Below are positions 20,502 through 30,907 of a stretch of 64,000 bases of DNA, piece after piece. Under the pieces are notes generated by a model. That model worked only from the letters and a program-made list of their open reading frames with translations. It did not search any database and was not told the origin of the DNA. How positions within the stretch are numbered: position 1 is the stretch's first letter; each line of letters starts with the position of its first letter. Both the position numbers and the translations under genes were made by a program. The stretch is from an uncultured delta proteobacterium (GTDB taxonomy: Bacteria; Myxococcota_A; Polyangia; Fen-1088). The stretch lies in contig CAVYGB010000002.1 in assembly GCA_963767925.1 (NCBI GenBank), positions 1,056,001 to 1,120,000 on the forward strand, read 5' to 3'.

Positions 20502-21320
20502 GTGAGCGAGGAAGCGCACGAGGTGTACAGGCAGGCGGTGGCGACCCTCAATCGGGTCGAGCTGCCCTTTCTCGTGGGCGGGGCCTTCGCGCTGGCCCAC
20601 TACACCCCGGTCGCCCGGGACACGAAGGACTTCGACATTTTCGTGCGGCCCGCCGACCTCGAGCCCGTGCTGGCCGCGCTGGCCGCCGACGGGTTCTCCA
20701 CCGAGGTGCCCTTCCCCCACTGGCTGGGCAAGGCCTACGAGGGCGACATCTTCATCGACATCATCTACAGCTCCGGCAACGGGGTGGCCCAGGTCGACGA
20801 CGCGTGGTTCGAGCACGCGCCTACCGCGCCGGTGCTGGGGGTGCCCATGCGCCTGTGCCCGGCCGAGGAGATGATCTGGTCGAAGGCCTTCGTGCTCGAG
20901 CGCGAACGCTACGACGGGGCCGACGTCCTGCACCTCATCCGCGACCGCGGCGCGCACCTCGACTGGGAGCGCCTGCTGGTCCGGTTCGGACGGTACTGGC
21001 GGGTGCTCTACTCCCACCTCGTGCTGTTCGGGTTCGCGTTCCCCGGTCACCGGGCCGCCGTGCCCGAGTGGGTGATGTTGGCCCTGGCCGACAAGCTGCG
21101 CGCCGAGAGCGGGGGCGGCGGGGCCGCCGACCTGTCCGTGTGCCAGGGGACCCTGCTCTCGCGCGAGCAATATCTCACCGACGTCGAACAGCTCGGTTAT
21201 CGGGACGCGCGGCTGTTGCATGCGGACGTGAACATGTCCGAGACCGACGTCGAAACCTGGACCAGCGCGATCCCCAACCGGAAGAACAATGGCGGACCTG
21301 AACCTAGCGGCGATCGGTGA
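20502..21320 (+). CDS. Nucleotidyltransferase-family protein
   Basis: FLVGGAFALAHY..RDTKDFDIFV (GG..DxD motif), FIDII, WSKAFVLERERYDGADV. Confidence 0.85.
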   Translation: MSEEAHEVYRQAVATLNRVELPFLVGGAFALAHYTPVARDTKDFDIFVRPADLEPVLAALAADGFSTEVPFPHWLGKAYEGDIFIDIIYSSGNGVAQVDDAWFEHAPTAPVLGVPMRLCPAEEMIWSKAFVLERERYDGADVLHLIRDRGAHLDWERLLVRFGRYWRVLYSHLVLFGFAFPGHRAAVPEWVMLALADKLRAESGGGGAADLSVCQGTLLSREQYLTDVEQLGYRDARLLHADVNMSETDVETWTSAIPNRKNNGGPEPSGDR

Positions 21321-22131
21321 CCTGCACTGCACCCGCGCCTCGCAGGGCAAGCTGCAGCCGATCTTCGCCTGCATCGCGGGCAAGGCCGACGTCCTGCTCC
21401 TCTGTGGGGACCTGACCGACAACGGCACCGCGGAGGAAGCGCGGGTGCTGGTCAACGAGCTCAGCAAGACCGTCAGCGTCCCAAAGCTGGCGGTGCTGGG
21501 CAACCACGACTACGAGTCGGCCCGCCCCGAGGAGGTCCGGCAGGTGCTGACCGAGGCGGGCATCGTCGTGCTCGACGGCGACGCGGTGGTGCTGCACGGG
21601 GTGGGCTTCGTGGGGGTCAAGGGGTTCGCCGGCGGGTTCGGGCGCCGCATGCTCGAGCCCTGGGGCGAGCCCATCATCAAGCAGTTCGTGCAGGAGGCGG
21701 TGCTGGAGTCGACGAAGCTCGAGTCGGGGCTGGCTCGCCTGCGCGTCGACACCCGGATCGCGATGTTGCACTACTCGCCGGTCGAGGCGACGGTGGTGGG
21801 GGAGTCCTCGGAGATCATGCCGTTTCTGGGCTGCAGCCGCCTGGAGGAGCCGCTCAACCGGCACGGGGTCACCGCCGTGTTTCACGGGCACTCGCACTAC
21901 GGCTCGCCCGAGGGGCGGACCCGCGAGGGCATCCCCGTCTACAACGTCGCGGCGCCGCTGCTGCGCCGGCTGCACCCGGACCAGCCCCCCTTCCGCTACC
22001 TCGCCGTCCCTCGGCCGGAGGGCGGCAACAACGAGATGGTCGAGCTGCCCGACCAGCTCAGCGCCCCGACCGCCTCCACCCGGGTCACGGCGGCGACCGA
22101 CGGCCGACCCGCGCGCTCGCCGGGGCCGTGA
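21289..22131 (+). CDS. Calcineurin-like metallophosphoesterase
   Basis: GDLH, GDLTD, GNHD, LHY, HGHSH; overlaps the upstream gene. Confidence 0.92.
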   Translation: MADLNLAAIGDLHCTRASQGKLQPIFACIAGKADVLLLCGDLTDNGTAEEARVLVNELSKTVSVPKLAVLGNHDYESARPEEVRQVLTEAGIVVLDGDAVVLHGVGFVGVKGFAGGFGRRMLEPWGEPIIKQFVQEAVLESTKLESGLARLRVDTRIAMLHYSPVEATVVGESSEIMPFLGCSRLEEPLNRHGVTAVFHGHSHYGSPEGRTREGIPVYNVAAPLLRRLHPDQPPFRYLAVPRPEGGNNEMVELPDQLSAPTASTRVTAATDGRPARSPGP

Positions 22132-22349
22132 CGCCTAGCCGGGATTATTCATCAGGCGGCAACGCTGGCGGTCGCGCGGCCACCGGCGCCGTGTTCCCGA
22201 TCGTTCCCGTTCCCGTTCCCGTTCCCGTTCCCGGACCCGTGCCCTTTCCCGTTCCCGGTTTTTCGGACTGGGGCCCACGCAATGGGCGACCGAGGGCAGG
22301 GCTGCGCCCCAGCGGCGGGGGAATAGAAGGCGAAGGGAATGTGGGCGAT

Positions 22350-22971
22350 TCAGCCGAAGGGCTGCGGCGATAGCAGCCGCCTGGCGATGCGAGCCCAAAG
22401 TGCCTGCCAGGGATGGCTGGAGGCCAGATGAAACCAGATGCGACGGGCGGAGCCGAGCACGCGCACACCGATCTCAAGCAGGCGCAGGCGGAGGGTGTCC
22501 ATCTGGGCATCGGCGAGCTCGGTGCCGTGTGCGGCGCGGCGGAGCATATACATGAGGACGTAGGCGGCGGCGTGCAGGAGCAGGCGAAACTGGTTGGCCC
22601 AGAAGCGGTGACAGCTCAGGCGGTCGGCCTTGAGCGCCGCTTGAGGTCCTTGATGGAGTTTTCGCAGGCGTCGGCTCGCTGCACGTAGCAACGGTCGTAC
22701 AGCTTCTGGGGGTCACCAGCAAGATTGGTCACCACGAAGCGAACGTTCGAGCCTTGCTCGGTGTGCTCGGCCTTGATGATCATGCGGTAGCTGCGCGGCC
22801 AGCGCTTGCGACCCGTTCCCATGGAGCGATATCGGTCAGGCCGAGGCGCCGGTCGGCCTGCCGCAGGAGCAGGAGCCCACCGTCGCTGGAGATGGGCCCG
22901 GCGTCGAAGGTCGCTCGTACCTGCCGGCGCCCCGCGAACGGGAAGTCGATTTGGCTGGTATCCTCGTGCAT
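22350..22971 (-). pseudogene. IS1380-family DDE transposase remnant (N- and C-termini only)
   Basis: N-terminal VRATFDAGPISSDGGLLLLRQADRRLGL joined near 22825 to RFVVTNL..YVQRADACENSIKDLK / ADRLSCHRFWANQFRLLLHAAAY..TLRLRL. Confidence 0.9.
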
Positions 22972-23048
22972 CGAGCGGCCCTCCTCGTCGTTGCCTTCTG
23001 GTCTCGCAACCGAAAAGCAGTGCGAGAAGTGTGCCGCTCGATTCTTCT

Positions 23049-23423
23049 TCAGCGCGATGGCTCTTCTTGCTCGCCGAGCAGCTTCGCCATCTTCGTCAGC
23101 ATCGAGACGATGCGCAGTAGAAGATCGCGTCCTGCCCCCAACGTAGCTTCGTCGCTGAGCTTCACCTTGCGGCAGACATCCAGTAGTGCAGCGCACTCCG
23201 TCGCCGACCGCAGTGCCATTCGGTAGAAGCGCGCCTTGTCCTTCCTGCTGAATTCCCCGGCCCCCTCGGCCACGTTGAGCGGCAGCGAGGTCGCCGCGCG
23301 CTGCAGTTGGTCCGCCAGGTAGGCTCGACCACGCGGCAGCTGCTCCACGATGTCGTCCGCCTTGGCGACGAACTCGATTCCCGCCTGGTACACGTCCAGC
23401 TTCTCGTGATCGAAATGGCCCAT
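23049..23423 (-). CDS. Four-helix-bundle protein (23S-rRNA-IVP/bAvd-like family)
   Basis: FDHEKLDVYQ..LADQLQRAATSLPLNVAEGAG..KARFYRMALRSATEC..IVSMLTKM; 124 aa. Confidence 0.92.
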   Translation of the reverse strand: MGHFDHEKLDVYQAGIEFVAKADDIVEQLPRGRAYLADQLQRAATSLPLNVAEGAGEFSRKDKARFYRMALRSATECAALLDVCRKVKLSDEATLGAGRDLLLRIVSMLTKMAKLLGEQEEPSR

Positions 23424-23570
23424 TCCCTGTTTTCGGCCAGCGCCTTCTCAGGTTGCGGGTACGGGGCACGGGTCCGGGAACGGGAACGGGAACGGGAACG
23501 GGAACGATCGGGGCCAGACACCCTGTTGGCGGCGTCTCGACGGCGGCGCCCCGCTGGTGAATAATCCCGC

Positions 23571-24191
23571 CTAGGACCCTTCGAACACCGGGATGATGCC
23601 GGTGTGGACGGTGAGGATCAGCAGGTCGCGCTCGGGGCTGGCCCGATATTCGTGCACGGTCCCGGTCGCCATCTCGATCTGCTCGCCGGGGCCGTAGGTC
23701 CGGCCGTCGGCGAACATGCCGCCTTCCAGGACCAGGGTCACCTCGTCGCCGAGGTGGCGGTGGCGGGGGAAGGCCATCCCGGGCTGCAGGCGCACGAAGC
23801 CGGCGTCGGCGCTGGCCAGGCGCGGGCCGGCCTGGAAGTGGATGAGGTGCATGCCCGGCAACCCCCGCTCCCAGGCGGTCGGATCGTCGATCCGGGCGAG
23901 GATCGGGCGAACCGCCTCGAGGGGAAGGTCGAGCAGGGCGGCCGCCCGGGCGAAGAAGGGGGCGAAGCGATCGACGCTCTCCAGGGTTCGCAGCAGGCGG
24001 GCCCGCTGCCCCGGGTCGGCCGTCAGCGGGGTCAACGTCTCGGCGGTGCGGGCGAAGGCGACCAGGGCCTGGTCCAGCTCCCGCGCCAGGTCGTCGGAGG
24101 TGGCCAGCGCCGCCTCGAAGCGGCTGGCTTCCTCCTCGGGCAGGAGGCCGAGGGCGTATTCGGACAGCAAGGCGATCGCTCCGGCGCTCAC
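23571..24191 (-). CDS. ChrR-like anti-sigma factor with a cupin domain
   Basis: N-terminal LLSEYALGLL..E..FE anti-sigma helix and FPRHRHLGDEVTLVLEG..H cupin motif; coupled to the ECF sigma gene. Confidence 0.85.
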   Translation of the reverse strand: MSAGAIALLSEYALGLLPEEEASRFEAALATSDDLARELDQALVAFARTAETLTPLTADPGQRARLLRTLESVDRFAPFFARAAALLDLPLEAVRPILARIDDPTAWERGLPGMHLIHFQAGPRLASADAGFVRLQPGMAFPRHRHLGDEVTLVLEGGMFADGRTYGPGEQIEMATGTVHEYRASPERDLLILTVHTGIIPVFEGS

Positions 24192-24778
24192 GAAGCCACC
24201 CCCGGGGGTACGACCAGGCGGTCGCGCAGGATGGCCAGGGCGCGGGCCATGCGCGACTTGACCGTGCCGATCGGGATACCCGCCCGGAGGGCGATGTCGC
24301 TGCAGCTCAGACCGTCGAAGTAGGCCAGGTCGACGACCTCGGTCAGCTCGGGGGGCAGGCCGGCGAGCTGCTGGCGGATCCGGTCGCGATCGGGGCGGGT
24401 CGCCAGCCCGTCGGCGGCGTGGGGATCGGCGGCGCGGCCGACCTGGTCCGCCAGGCGGGCCTGGCGCGCGGCCGCCGCCCGCCGGTCGAGGGCCCGCGAG
24501 CGCATGCGGGTGATCAGCCAGGCGCGCACGCTGCCCCGGGTGGGGTCGAAGTCGCGGGCCCGGTGCCAGGCCTCCAGCACCACGTCGTGCAGGAGGTCCT
24601 CGGCGGGGGCGCGATCGCCGAGGATGCGGACGCCCAGGGCCAGCAACAGCCCGGCGTGCCGGTCGTACAGGTGACCGAGCGCCTCTCGCTCGCCGCGCAC
24701 GAGGGCGGCCAGCAGCTCGGCGTCGTCGAGCGTCGCCGCGAGCTGCCCCGGTCCCTGTTCGTCCGCCCGCACCGGCAT
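24188..24778 (-). CDS. ECF RNA polymerase sigma factor
   Basis: LYDRHA, AEDLLHDV, FDPTRGSVRAWL, YFDGLS..IA..IPIGTVKSR. Confidence 0.92.
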   Translation of the reverse strand: MPVRADEQGPGQLAATLDDAELLAALVRGEREALGHLYDRHAGLLLALGVRILGDRAPAEDLLHDVVLEAWHRARDFDPTRGSVRAWLITRMRSRALDRRAAAARQARLADQVGRAADPHAADGLATRPDRDRIRQQLAGLPPELTEVVDLAYFDGLSCSDIALRAGIPIGTVKSRMARALAILRDRLVVPPGVAS

Positions 24779-25027
24779 CAACATGATGGCTCGGCGAGCC
24801 CTGGAGGCGGTCCCGGACTGCGCGGTGGACAACATGCGACGGTCACCAGCCTTCCGTACGAGCCGGCGGGGCGATCGGATCTCGGGGCCGGACATTTTTC
24901 TTCTGGCGACCGGCGCGGCCCGGCGTCGGCGGAGCGGCGCGCGTCAATCATCGCGGGGCAGCCTTGACGGGCCAGCCGGGGACAGGGGGATTGCGCGCAG
25001 CCGGGGTGAACACATCTTCGTGACGTC

Positions 25028-25468
25028 ATGGAGCAACAAACGGAGCCGAGGACAAGGAAGGTGGGAGCCGGCGGTCTTGTCGCCGTCGCGGCGGTGGCCG
25101 GGCTCCTGGGGGGCTGCGCGACCTCGTCGCTGTATCCGCCGCCGACGGCCGGCCAGATGGCCGCCGCCGAGTCGGCCGTCGCGGTGGCGAAGCAGGACGG
25201 GCAGCCGGGCGACGCCAATTCGGCCCGCCATCTGCGTCTGGCCGAGCAGCAGCTCACCGACGCCAAGCAGCTCGCCGCGGTCGACGACAACCGGGGCGCC
25301 TCGCTGATGCTGGCCCGCGCCCAGGCCGACGCCGAGCTGAGCCAGGTGCTCAGCCGCAAGGCGAAGAACGCCGCGAGCGCGGAGGAGGCCGAGCGCGTGC
25401 TGCAAGAGGTGCGCGGCGCCCCCGGTGTCGCCCCGCCAACCCCGGCGCTGCCCGCGCCGCAGCCCTGA
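25028..25468 (+). CDS. DUF4398-like lipoprotein
   Basis: LLGGC lipobox, helical ARAQADAEL motif, directly upstream of an OmpA gene. Confidence 0.75.
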   Translation: MEQQTEPRTRKVGAGGLVAVAAVAGLLGGCATSSLYPPPTAGQMAAAESAVAVAKQDGQPGDANSARHLRLAEQQLTDAKQLAAVDDNRGASLMLARAQADAELSQVLSRKAKNAASAEEAERVLQEVRGAPGVAPPTPALPAPQP

Positions 25469-25495
25469 ATCATCGTTTCACAGGAGGGAGCCATC

Positions 25496-26815
25496 GTGTG
25501 GTTGAAAAGCCGTCTCGTTTCCGTGGCTGCAGTCGGGGTGCTGGCTGGCGCGTGTGGACACCAGTATCCGCCCCCCCAGGAGCTGCTCACCGCCCGCAGC
25601 GCCTTCATCAAGGCCAGCGCGGGCCCCGCGCGTGAGCTGAGCACGGCCCGCCTGCGCCTGGCCAAGCAGGCGCTCGACTCGGCGGAGATGGCCTACGGGG
25701 CCGCGCCCGAGCAGGAGGTGCGCGATCGCTCGTACATCGCCATCCGCTACACCGAGGCGGCCGAGGCCGAGGCGACGGCGGCGGTGGCCGCCCAGCGGCG
25801 CGAGGAGGCGCTGCAGGAGCTGGCCAGCATGGGGGGCGAGCGGGCGGCGCAGGCCCGGGCCCAGCTCCTGGCGGCCGAGCAGCAGACCTCGCGCGAGCGC
25901 CAACGCGCCGACAGCGCCGAGCAGCAGGCAGCCAGCGAGCAGGCGCGCGCGGCCAGCGAGCAAGCGCGGGCCGATGTCGGCGAGCGCGAGGCGACTCAGG
26001 CCAAGGAGCGCCTCAGCGCCGAGCAGCAGGCCCGGGTCGCGGCGGAGAACCGCACCCGCCAGGCGCTGGCCGACCTCGAGCGGATGGGCAACGTGAAGCG
26101 GGAGGCGCGCGGCCTGGTCGTCACGCTGTCGGGCCAGGTGCTGTTCGCCACCAACAAGGCGACCCTTCTGCCCGCCTCTGAGGCGAGCCTCGACAGCGTC
26201 GCCACCGCCCTCAAGGCCCTGCCCCCGGAGTCGCCCCCGGTCGTGATCGAGGGGCACACCGACTCGACCGGCGCGCGCGGATACAACATCCAGCTCTCGG
26301 AACGGCGGGCCCAGGCGGTGCGGGACTACCTGATCAACAAGGCGGTGCCCAGCCAGCGCTTCAACGTGCGCGGCCTCGGTCCCGACCGGCCGGTGGCGAC
26401 AAACGCCAGCCCCGAGGGGCGGGCCAACAACCGCCGGGTCGAGATCGTGATCCCGCCGCCGGTGGCCAGCGAGGGTGCGAGCGGCGCTCCCGCCGCCGTG
26501 GGTGTGCAACCGGCAGCGCCGGCCCTGGGCACGACCGCCCCGCGCCCGGCCGCGACGCGCGCGCCAGACAGCCCCGGCCTGCCGAGCAGCACGGTGCCCG
26601 GCCCGGCGCCGGCGCCCCGGCCCGGTACGGAGCCGGCGAGCGCGGCGCCCACCAACGTCCCGGCAGGTCCCGATCCCATCCCGGATCTGCTGCCGCCGCC
26701 GACCCCGGGTGAGACCGCGCCCCCCGCGCCACCGACTCCGCCGGCGCCCGGCACCCCCCCGCCGCCCAGCCCCCGCTCGGCGCGCCCGGCGCCCGGCACC
26801 ACCTCGACGCCTTAG
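25496..26815 (+). CDS. OmpA-family lipoprotein (coiled coil plus OmpA C-domain, Pro-rich tail)
   Basis: LAGAC lipobox, RGLVVTL..VLF, IEGHTDSTG..NIQLSERRA, NRRVEI. Confidence 0.92.
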   Translation: MWLKSRLVSVAAVGVLAGACGHQYPPPQELLTARSAFIKASAGPARELSTARLRLAKQALDSAEMAYGAAPEQEVRDRSYIAIRYTEAAEAEATAAVAAQRREEALQELASMGGERAAQARAQLLAAEQQTSRERQRADSAEQQAASEQARAASEQARADVGEREATQAKERLSAEQQARVAAENRTRQALADLERMGNVKREARGLVVTLSGQVLFATNKATLLPASEASLDSVATALKALPPESPPVVIEGHTDSTGARGYNIQLSERRAQAVRDYLINKAVPSQRFNVRGLGPDRPVATNASPEGRANNRRVEIVIPPPVASEGASGAPAAVGVQPAAPALGTTAPRPAATRAPDSPGLPSSTVPGPAPAPRPGTEPASAAPTNVPAGPDPIPDLLPPPTPGETAPPAPPTPPAPGTPPPPSPRSARPAPGTTSTP

Positions 26816-26883
26816 CCGAGGCCGCGCGCAGCGAGGAGACCGGCTATCATCTGCAACAACCTCTCGGGGGAATCGCTCGATCG

Positions 26884-27414
26884 ATGAACTTCGAAAAGCT
26901 CGACCGCGCCCGGATCGCCGCCGCCCTGGTGGCGGCGATCCTCACCGGCGGCGCCGCCCTCTACGGCGTCTACTCCAAGTCGCGCGAAGCGACCGCCGCC
27001 AGCTACGAGACCCTCGCCCCCGAGATCAACGAGCTCAAGGGCAACGTCGAGCAGCTCCGCGCCGAGAACGAACGCCTGCGCGAGGCCCTGACCAGCGCCA
27101 CCGGCGTGAAGGTGCAGCCGACCCCGACCGCCGAGGGCCGCACCCCCCCGCGCCGCCCGCGCCGGGCCGCCACCACCCCGGGGGCCGAGCCGACCCCCGG
27201 CGCCCGTCCCACCGCTCCCGACGCCGGCGCCACCGCCACCACCCCCGCGCCGCCGCCGCCGGGCCCGGGCGAGCCCGCTCCGCCGCCCGCGCCCGCCCCG
27301 CCTGCCGACGACCCCATCGAGGACATCAAGAAGCGCGTCCCGATCGACTTCGAGCGCGCGATCCGGGTCTGGAAGGACGTCCAGGAGATCCGCAAGAACC
27401 TCCCGCAGAAGTAG
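26884..27414 (+). CDS. Hypothetical membrane-anchored coiled-coil/Pro-rich protein
   Basis: N-terminal TM segment, coiled coil, GC3 bias. Confidence 0.7.
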   Translation: MNFEKLDRARIAAALVAAILTGGAALYGVYSKSREATAASYETLAPEINELKGNVEQLRAENERLREALTSATGVKVQPTPTAEGRTPPRRPRRAATTPGAEPTPGARPTAPDAGATATTPAPPPPGPGEPAPPPAPAPPADDPIEDIKKRVPIDFERAIRVWKDVQEIRKNLPQK

Positions 27415-27654
27415 GCGCCCCGCGCCCCGACCGGCTGCGGCGCGCGGCCCCCACATCCCCCTCAAGCCCGCGCCGGCAAGAGTCGATGTCCCCCTCGTCT
27501 TGAGGGGCGCGTGTCCTCCCGCCACCCGCGGCCGATAGCGCCAGCCCGCCCGGGCCCCCGCTCGCGGCGCCAGTTCCTCACCTCGCTGGCGACGCTGGCC
27601 TCGGCCATCTCGCCCTCCCGGCCGGGCACCACCGCCCCCGGCGCCGCCGCGCCC

Positions 27655-29160
27655 ATGGTGGGCGCCCCGCCCCCCTTCGCCCGCCGGGCCCGACACGCCG
27701 GGACTGGCTGGCTCCGCAACTCACTGCGCGCCTGCACCGCCGAGGGCCTGTTCGCCGAGCTGATCAACGCCTTCGCCGGCGGCGCGCTGCTCACCGGCTG
27801 GGCGATCCACCTCGGCGCCTCGCCGCTTTACACCGGCCTGCTGGTGGCCCTGCCCCAGATCGCGCAGGTCCTCCACGTGCCCGGGGCCTGGTCCACCGCC
27901 CTGCTCGGCCACCGGCGCGCCTGCCTCTGGCTGGTGGGCGCCTCGCGCCAGGTGCTGCTGCCCCTGGCCCTGCTCCCGTTTTTTCCGATCGACGACGCCA
28001 CCCGGCGCGCGATCCTGCTCGCGGTGGCGGGGCTGGCCGCCACCCTCGGCGTCCTCGGCAACAACGCCTGGGTCGCCTGGATGGGCGAGCTGGTCCCCAA
28101 GCGCATCCGCGGCCGCTACTTCGGCAAGCGCACCGGCCTGTGCATGCTGGGCGGTGGCCTGGCCGCCGCCGTGGTGGGCCTGCTGCTCGACTGGGCCCGC
28201 GGGCGCGGCCTGGTCGGCGCCACCCTGGCCGGCCTGCAGGTGCTGGCCTGCGCCTGCGGCGTCGTCACCGTGCTGCTGATGCGCAAGCAGCACGACCCGG
28301 CCCCGCCCGGCCAGGACAAGACCGAGGCGCGACCGACCGCCTCCCTGTCGCAGGCCTGGAAGCCCTTCCTCGACCGGCGCATGCGCGGCCTGTTCGGCTA
28401 CCACTTCGCCTGGAACGTCGCGGTCGGCGTGGCCGGATCGTTCTTTGCCCTGCACATGCTCCGCAACCTCAAGATGGGGTTCACCCTGGTGGCCCTGCAC
28501 GGCGCCGCCACCGCCGGCGTCCGCATGCTGGCCGCGCCCCTGTGGGGGGCCCTCATCGATCGCCTCGGCGCCCGCCCGGTGCTGGCCGCCTGCTCGTTCG
28601 GCATCGCCGGCATCCCGATGATGTGGCTGCTGCCCACCGAGGCCCGCCTGTGGCCGCTGGCCATCGACGCCCTGCTGGCGGGCCTGTTCTGGAGCGGGCA
28701 CGCCCTCGCCGTGTTCGCCTTGCCCCTGGCGGTCACCCGCCGCCGCGAGCGCCCGTTTTACGTCGCCGCCTTCGCCGCCGTCGGCGGGGTCGCCTTCACC
28801 GGCGCCACCGCCCTGGGGGGCACCCTGGCGAGCTGGATGCCCGATCGGGTCAGCCTGGCGGGCCTCGAGATCCACAACCTGCAGGTGCTGTTCGTGATGT
28901 CGGGCCTTCTCCGACTGGCCGCCGCCTTCCTCGCCGTGCGCATCCACGAGCCGCAGGCGCGCGGGGTGGGTGATCTGTGGTTCGCCATCACCAGCCAGAT
29001 CGGCCCCCGCCCCGCGCCGCCAAAGTTGCCCGCCCCCGCCTTCCCCCTGCCCGCCGCCGCAGGCCCCGACGGGGATCCCACCCGGCTTCCCCCGGTCCGC
29101 CGGCGCACCCGCAGCCAGTCGGTACCCGCGCCGGGCGACGGCGCCGAACATCGCGGCTGA
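27655..29160 (+). CDS. MFS transporter (start uncertain)
   Basis: About 12 hydrophobic segments, WMGELVPKRIRGRYFG, WGALIDRLGARP. Confidence 0.88.
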   Translation: MVGAPPPFARRARHAGTGWLRNSLRACTAEGLFAELINAFAGGALLTGWAIHLGASPLYTGLLVALPQIAQVLHVPGAWSTALLGHRRACLWLVGASRQVLLPLALLPFFPIDDATRRAILLAVAGLAATLGVLGNNAWVAWMGELVPKRIRGRYFGKRTGLCMLGGGLAAAVVGLLLDWARGRGLVGATLAGLQVLACACGVVTVLLMRKQHDPAPPGQDKTEARPTASLSQAWKPFLDRRMRGLFGYHFAWNVAVGVAGSFFALHMLRNLKMGFTLVALHGAATAGVRMLAAPLWGALIDRLGARPVLAACSFGIAGIPMMWLLPTEARLWPLAIDALLAGLFWSGHALAVFALPLAVTRRRERPFYVAAFAAVGGVAFTGATALGGTLASWMPDRVSLAGLEIHNLQVLFVMSGLLRLAAAFLAVRIHEPQARGVGDLWFAITSQIGPRPAPPKLPAPAFPLPAAAGPDGDPTRLPPVRRRTRSQSVPAPGDGAEHRG

Positions 29161-29204
29161 CGACCGCGACATCCTGCCGCCTCCGGTACTAAAGTGGAGG
29201 GGCC

Positions 29205-30905
29205 ATGCCCCAGGTCAAGGCGCCCGCAGGACCGATCCGGGCCGCCCGCGGCCGAACCCTCTCGTGCCGCGGCTGGCATCAGGAGGCCGCCCTGCGGATG
29301 CTGATGAACAACCTCGACCCGCAGGTGGCCGAGCAGCCGCAGCAGCTCATCGTGTACGGCGGCGCGGGCAAGGCGGCCCGCGACTGGGCCTCTTACCGGG
29401 CCATCGTCCAGACGCTGAAGAGACTCGGCGACGACGAGACCCTGCTGGTCCAGAGCGGCAAGCCGGTGGGCGTGTTCCGCACCCACGACGAGGCCCCCCG
29501 GGTGCTGATCGCCAACGCCCACCTGGTGCCCCGCTGGGCGACCTTCGATGAGTTCCGCCGGCTCGAGGCGCTGGGCCTCACGATGTACGGGCAGATGACC
29601 GCCGGGTCCTGGATCTACATCGGCACCCAGGGGATCTTGCAGGGGACCTACGAGACCTTCGCCGAGATCGCGCGCCAGCACTTCGGCGGCACCCTGGCCG
29701 GGCGGCTGGTGGTGACCGGTGGGCTCGGCGGCATGGGCGGGGCCCAGCCGCTGGCCGCCACCATGAACGGCGCCGCCTTCCTCGGCGTCGAGGTGGATCC
29801 GCTGCGCATCGAGCGTCGGGTCAAGAGCGGCTACTGCGACCGGATGTGCGCCGAGCTCGACGAGGCCCTGGCCCTTGTCGAGGCGGCGCGCGCCAGCAAG
29901 CAGCCGCTGTCGGTGGGCCTGGTCGGCAACGTCGCCGAGGTGCTGCCCGAGCTGGTGCGCCGGGGCGTCGCGCCCGACGTGGTGACCGACCAGACCTCCG
30001 CCCACGACCTGCACGTCGGCTACATCCCGCGCGGCTGCTCGCCGGGCGAGGCGGCCGGCCGGCGCGCGCGCGATCCCGCCGGCTACCAGGCGGCGGTGCT
30101 CGACTCCATGGTGGCCCACGTCGAGGCGATGCTGGCGCTCAAGGAGGCCGGCGCGGTGGTGTTCGACTACGGCAACAACCTGCGCGGCCAGGTGGCCGAC
30201 CACCGCGGCCTGGCCCGGGCCTTCACCATCCCGGGGTTCGTGCCGGCCTACATCCGCCCGCTGTTCTGCCGGGGCGCCGGCCCCTTCCGCTGGGTGGCCC
30301 TCTCGGGCGACCCGCGCGACATCGCCACCACCGACAAGGCCATGCGCGAGCTGTTCCCGCGCAAGGAGAGCCTCACCCGCTGGCTGGACCAGGCCAGCGC
30401 CAAGGTCGCCTTCCAGGGCCTGCCCGCCCGCATCTGCTGGCTGGAGTACGGCGAGCGGGCCGAGGCCGGGCTGAAGCTCAACTGGCTGGTCAAGCGCCGC
30501 AAGGTGGGCGCCCCCATCGTCATCGGCCGCGACCACCTCGACGCCGGATCGGTCGCCTCGCCCAACCGCGAGACCGAGGCGATGAAAGACGGGTCGGACG
30601 CCATCGCCGACTGGCCGCTGCTCAACGCCCTCCTCAACACCGCCTGCGGGGCGAGCTGGGTCTCGATCCACCACGGGGGCGGGGTGGGCATCGGCTACTC
30701 GATCCACGCCGGCATGGTGGTGGTGGCCGACGGCAGCAAGCGCGGCGACCGCCGCCTGGAACGGGTGCTCACCGCCGATCCGGGCACGGGGGTCATGCGC
30801 CACGCCGACGCCGGCTACGACGACGCCATCCGCACCGCCCGCAAGCGCCAGGTCGATCTCCCCATGCTGGGCAGCGGGCGCGCCCGCCGGGCGAAGGGAG
30901 CCTGA
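29205..30905 (+). CDS. hutU: Urocanate hydratase
   Basis: [55 protein letters not shown]. Confidence 0.98.
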   Translation: MPQVKAPAGPIRAARGRTLSCRGWHQEAALRMLMNNLDPQVAEQPQQLIVYGGAGKAARDWASYRAIVQTLKRLGDDETLLVQSGKPVGVFRTHDEAPRVLIANAHLVPRWATFDEFRRLEALGLTMYGQMTAGSWIYIGTQGILQGTYETFAEIARQHFGGTLAGRLVVTGGLGGMGGAQPLAATMNGAAFLGVEVDPLRIERRVKSGYCDRMCAELDEALALVEAARASKQPLSVGLVGNVAEVLPELVRRGVAPDVVTDQTSAHDLHVGYIPRGCSPGEAAGRRARDPAGYQAAVLDSMVAHVEAMLALKEAGAVVFDYGNNLRGQVADHRGLARAFTIPGFVPAYIRPLFCRGAGPFRWVALSGDPRDIATTDKAMRELFPRKESLTRWLDQASAKVAFQGLPARICWLEYGERAEAGLKLNWLVKRRKVGAPIVIGRDHLDAGSVASPNRETEAMKDGSDAIADWPLLNALLNTACGASWVSIHHGGGVGIGYSIHAGMVVVADGSKRGDRRLERVLTADPGTGVMRHADAGYDDAIRTARKRQVDLPMLGSGRARRAKGA

Positions 30906-30907
30906 CG

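Larger units (their letters stand above)
22139..23570 (-). mobile_element. Internally deleted IS1380-family element carrying a four-helix-bundle passenger gene
   Basis: Terminal IRs (C/G)CGGGATTATTCA(T/C)CAG, CTAG on both flanks (22135-22138, 23571-23574), perfect 49-bp subterminal IRs (22196-22244, 23464-23512), and IS1380-type transposase fragments. Confidence 0.85.
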
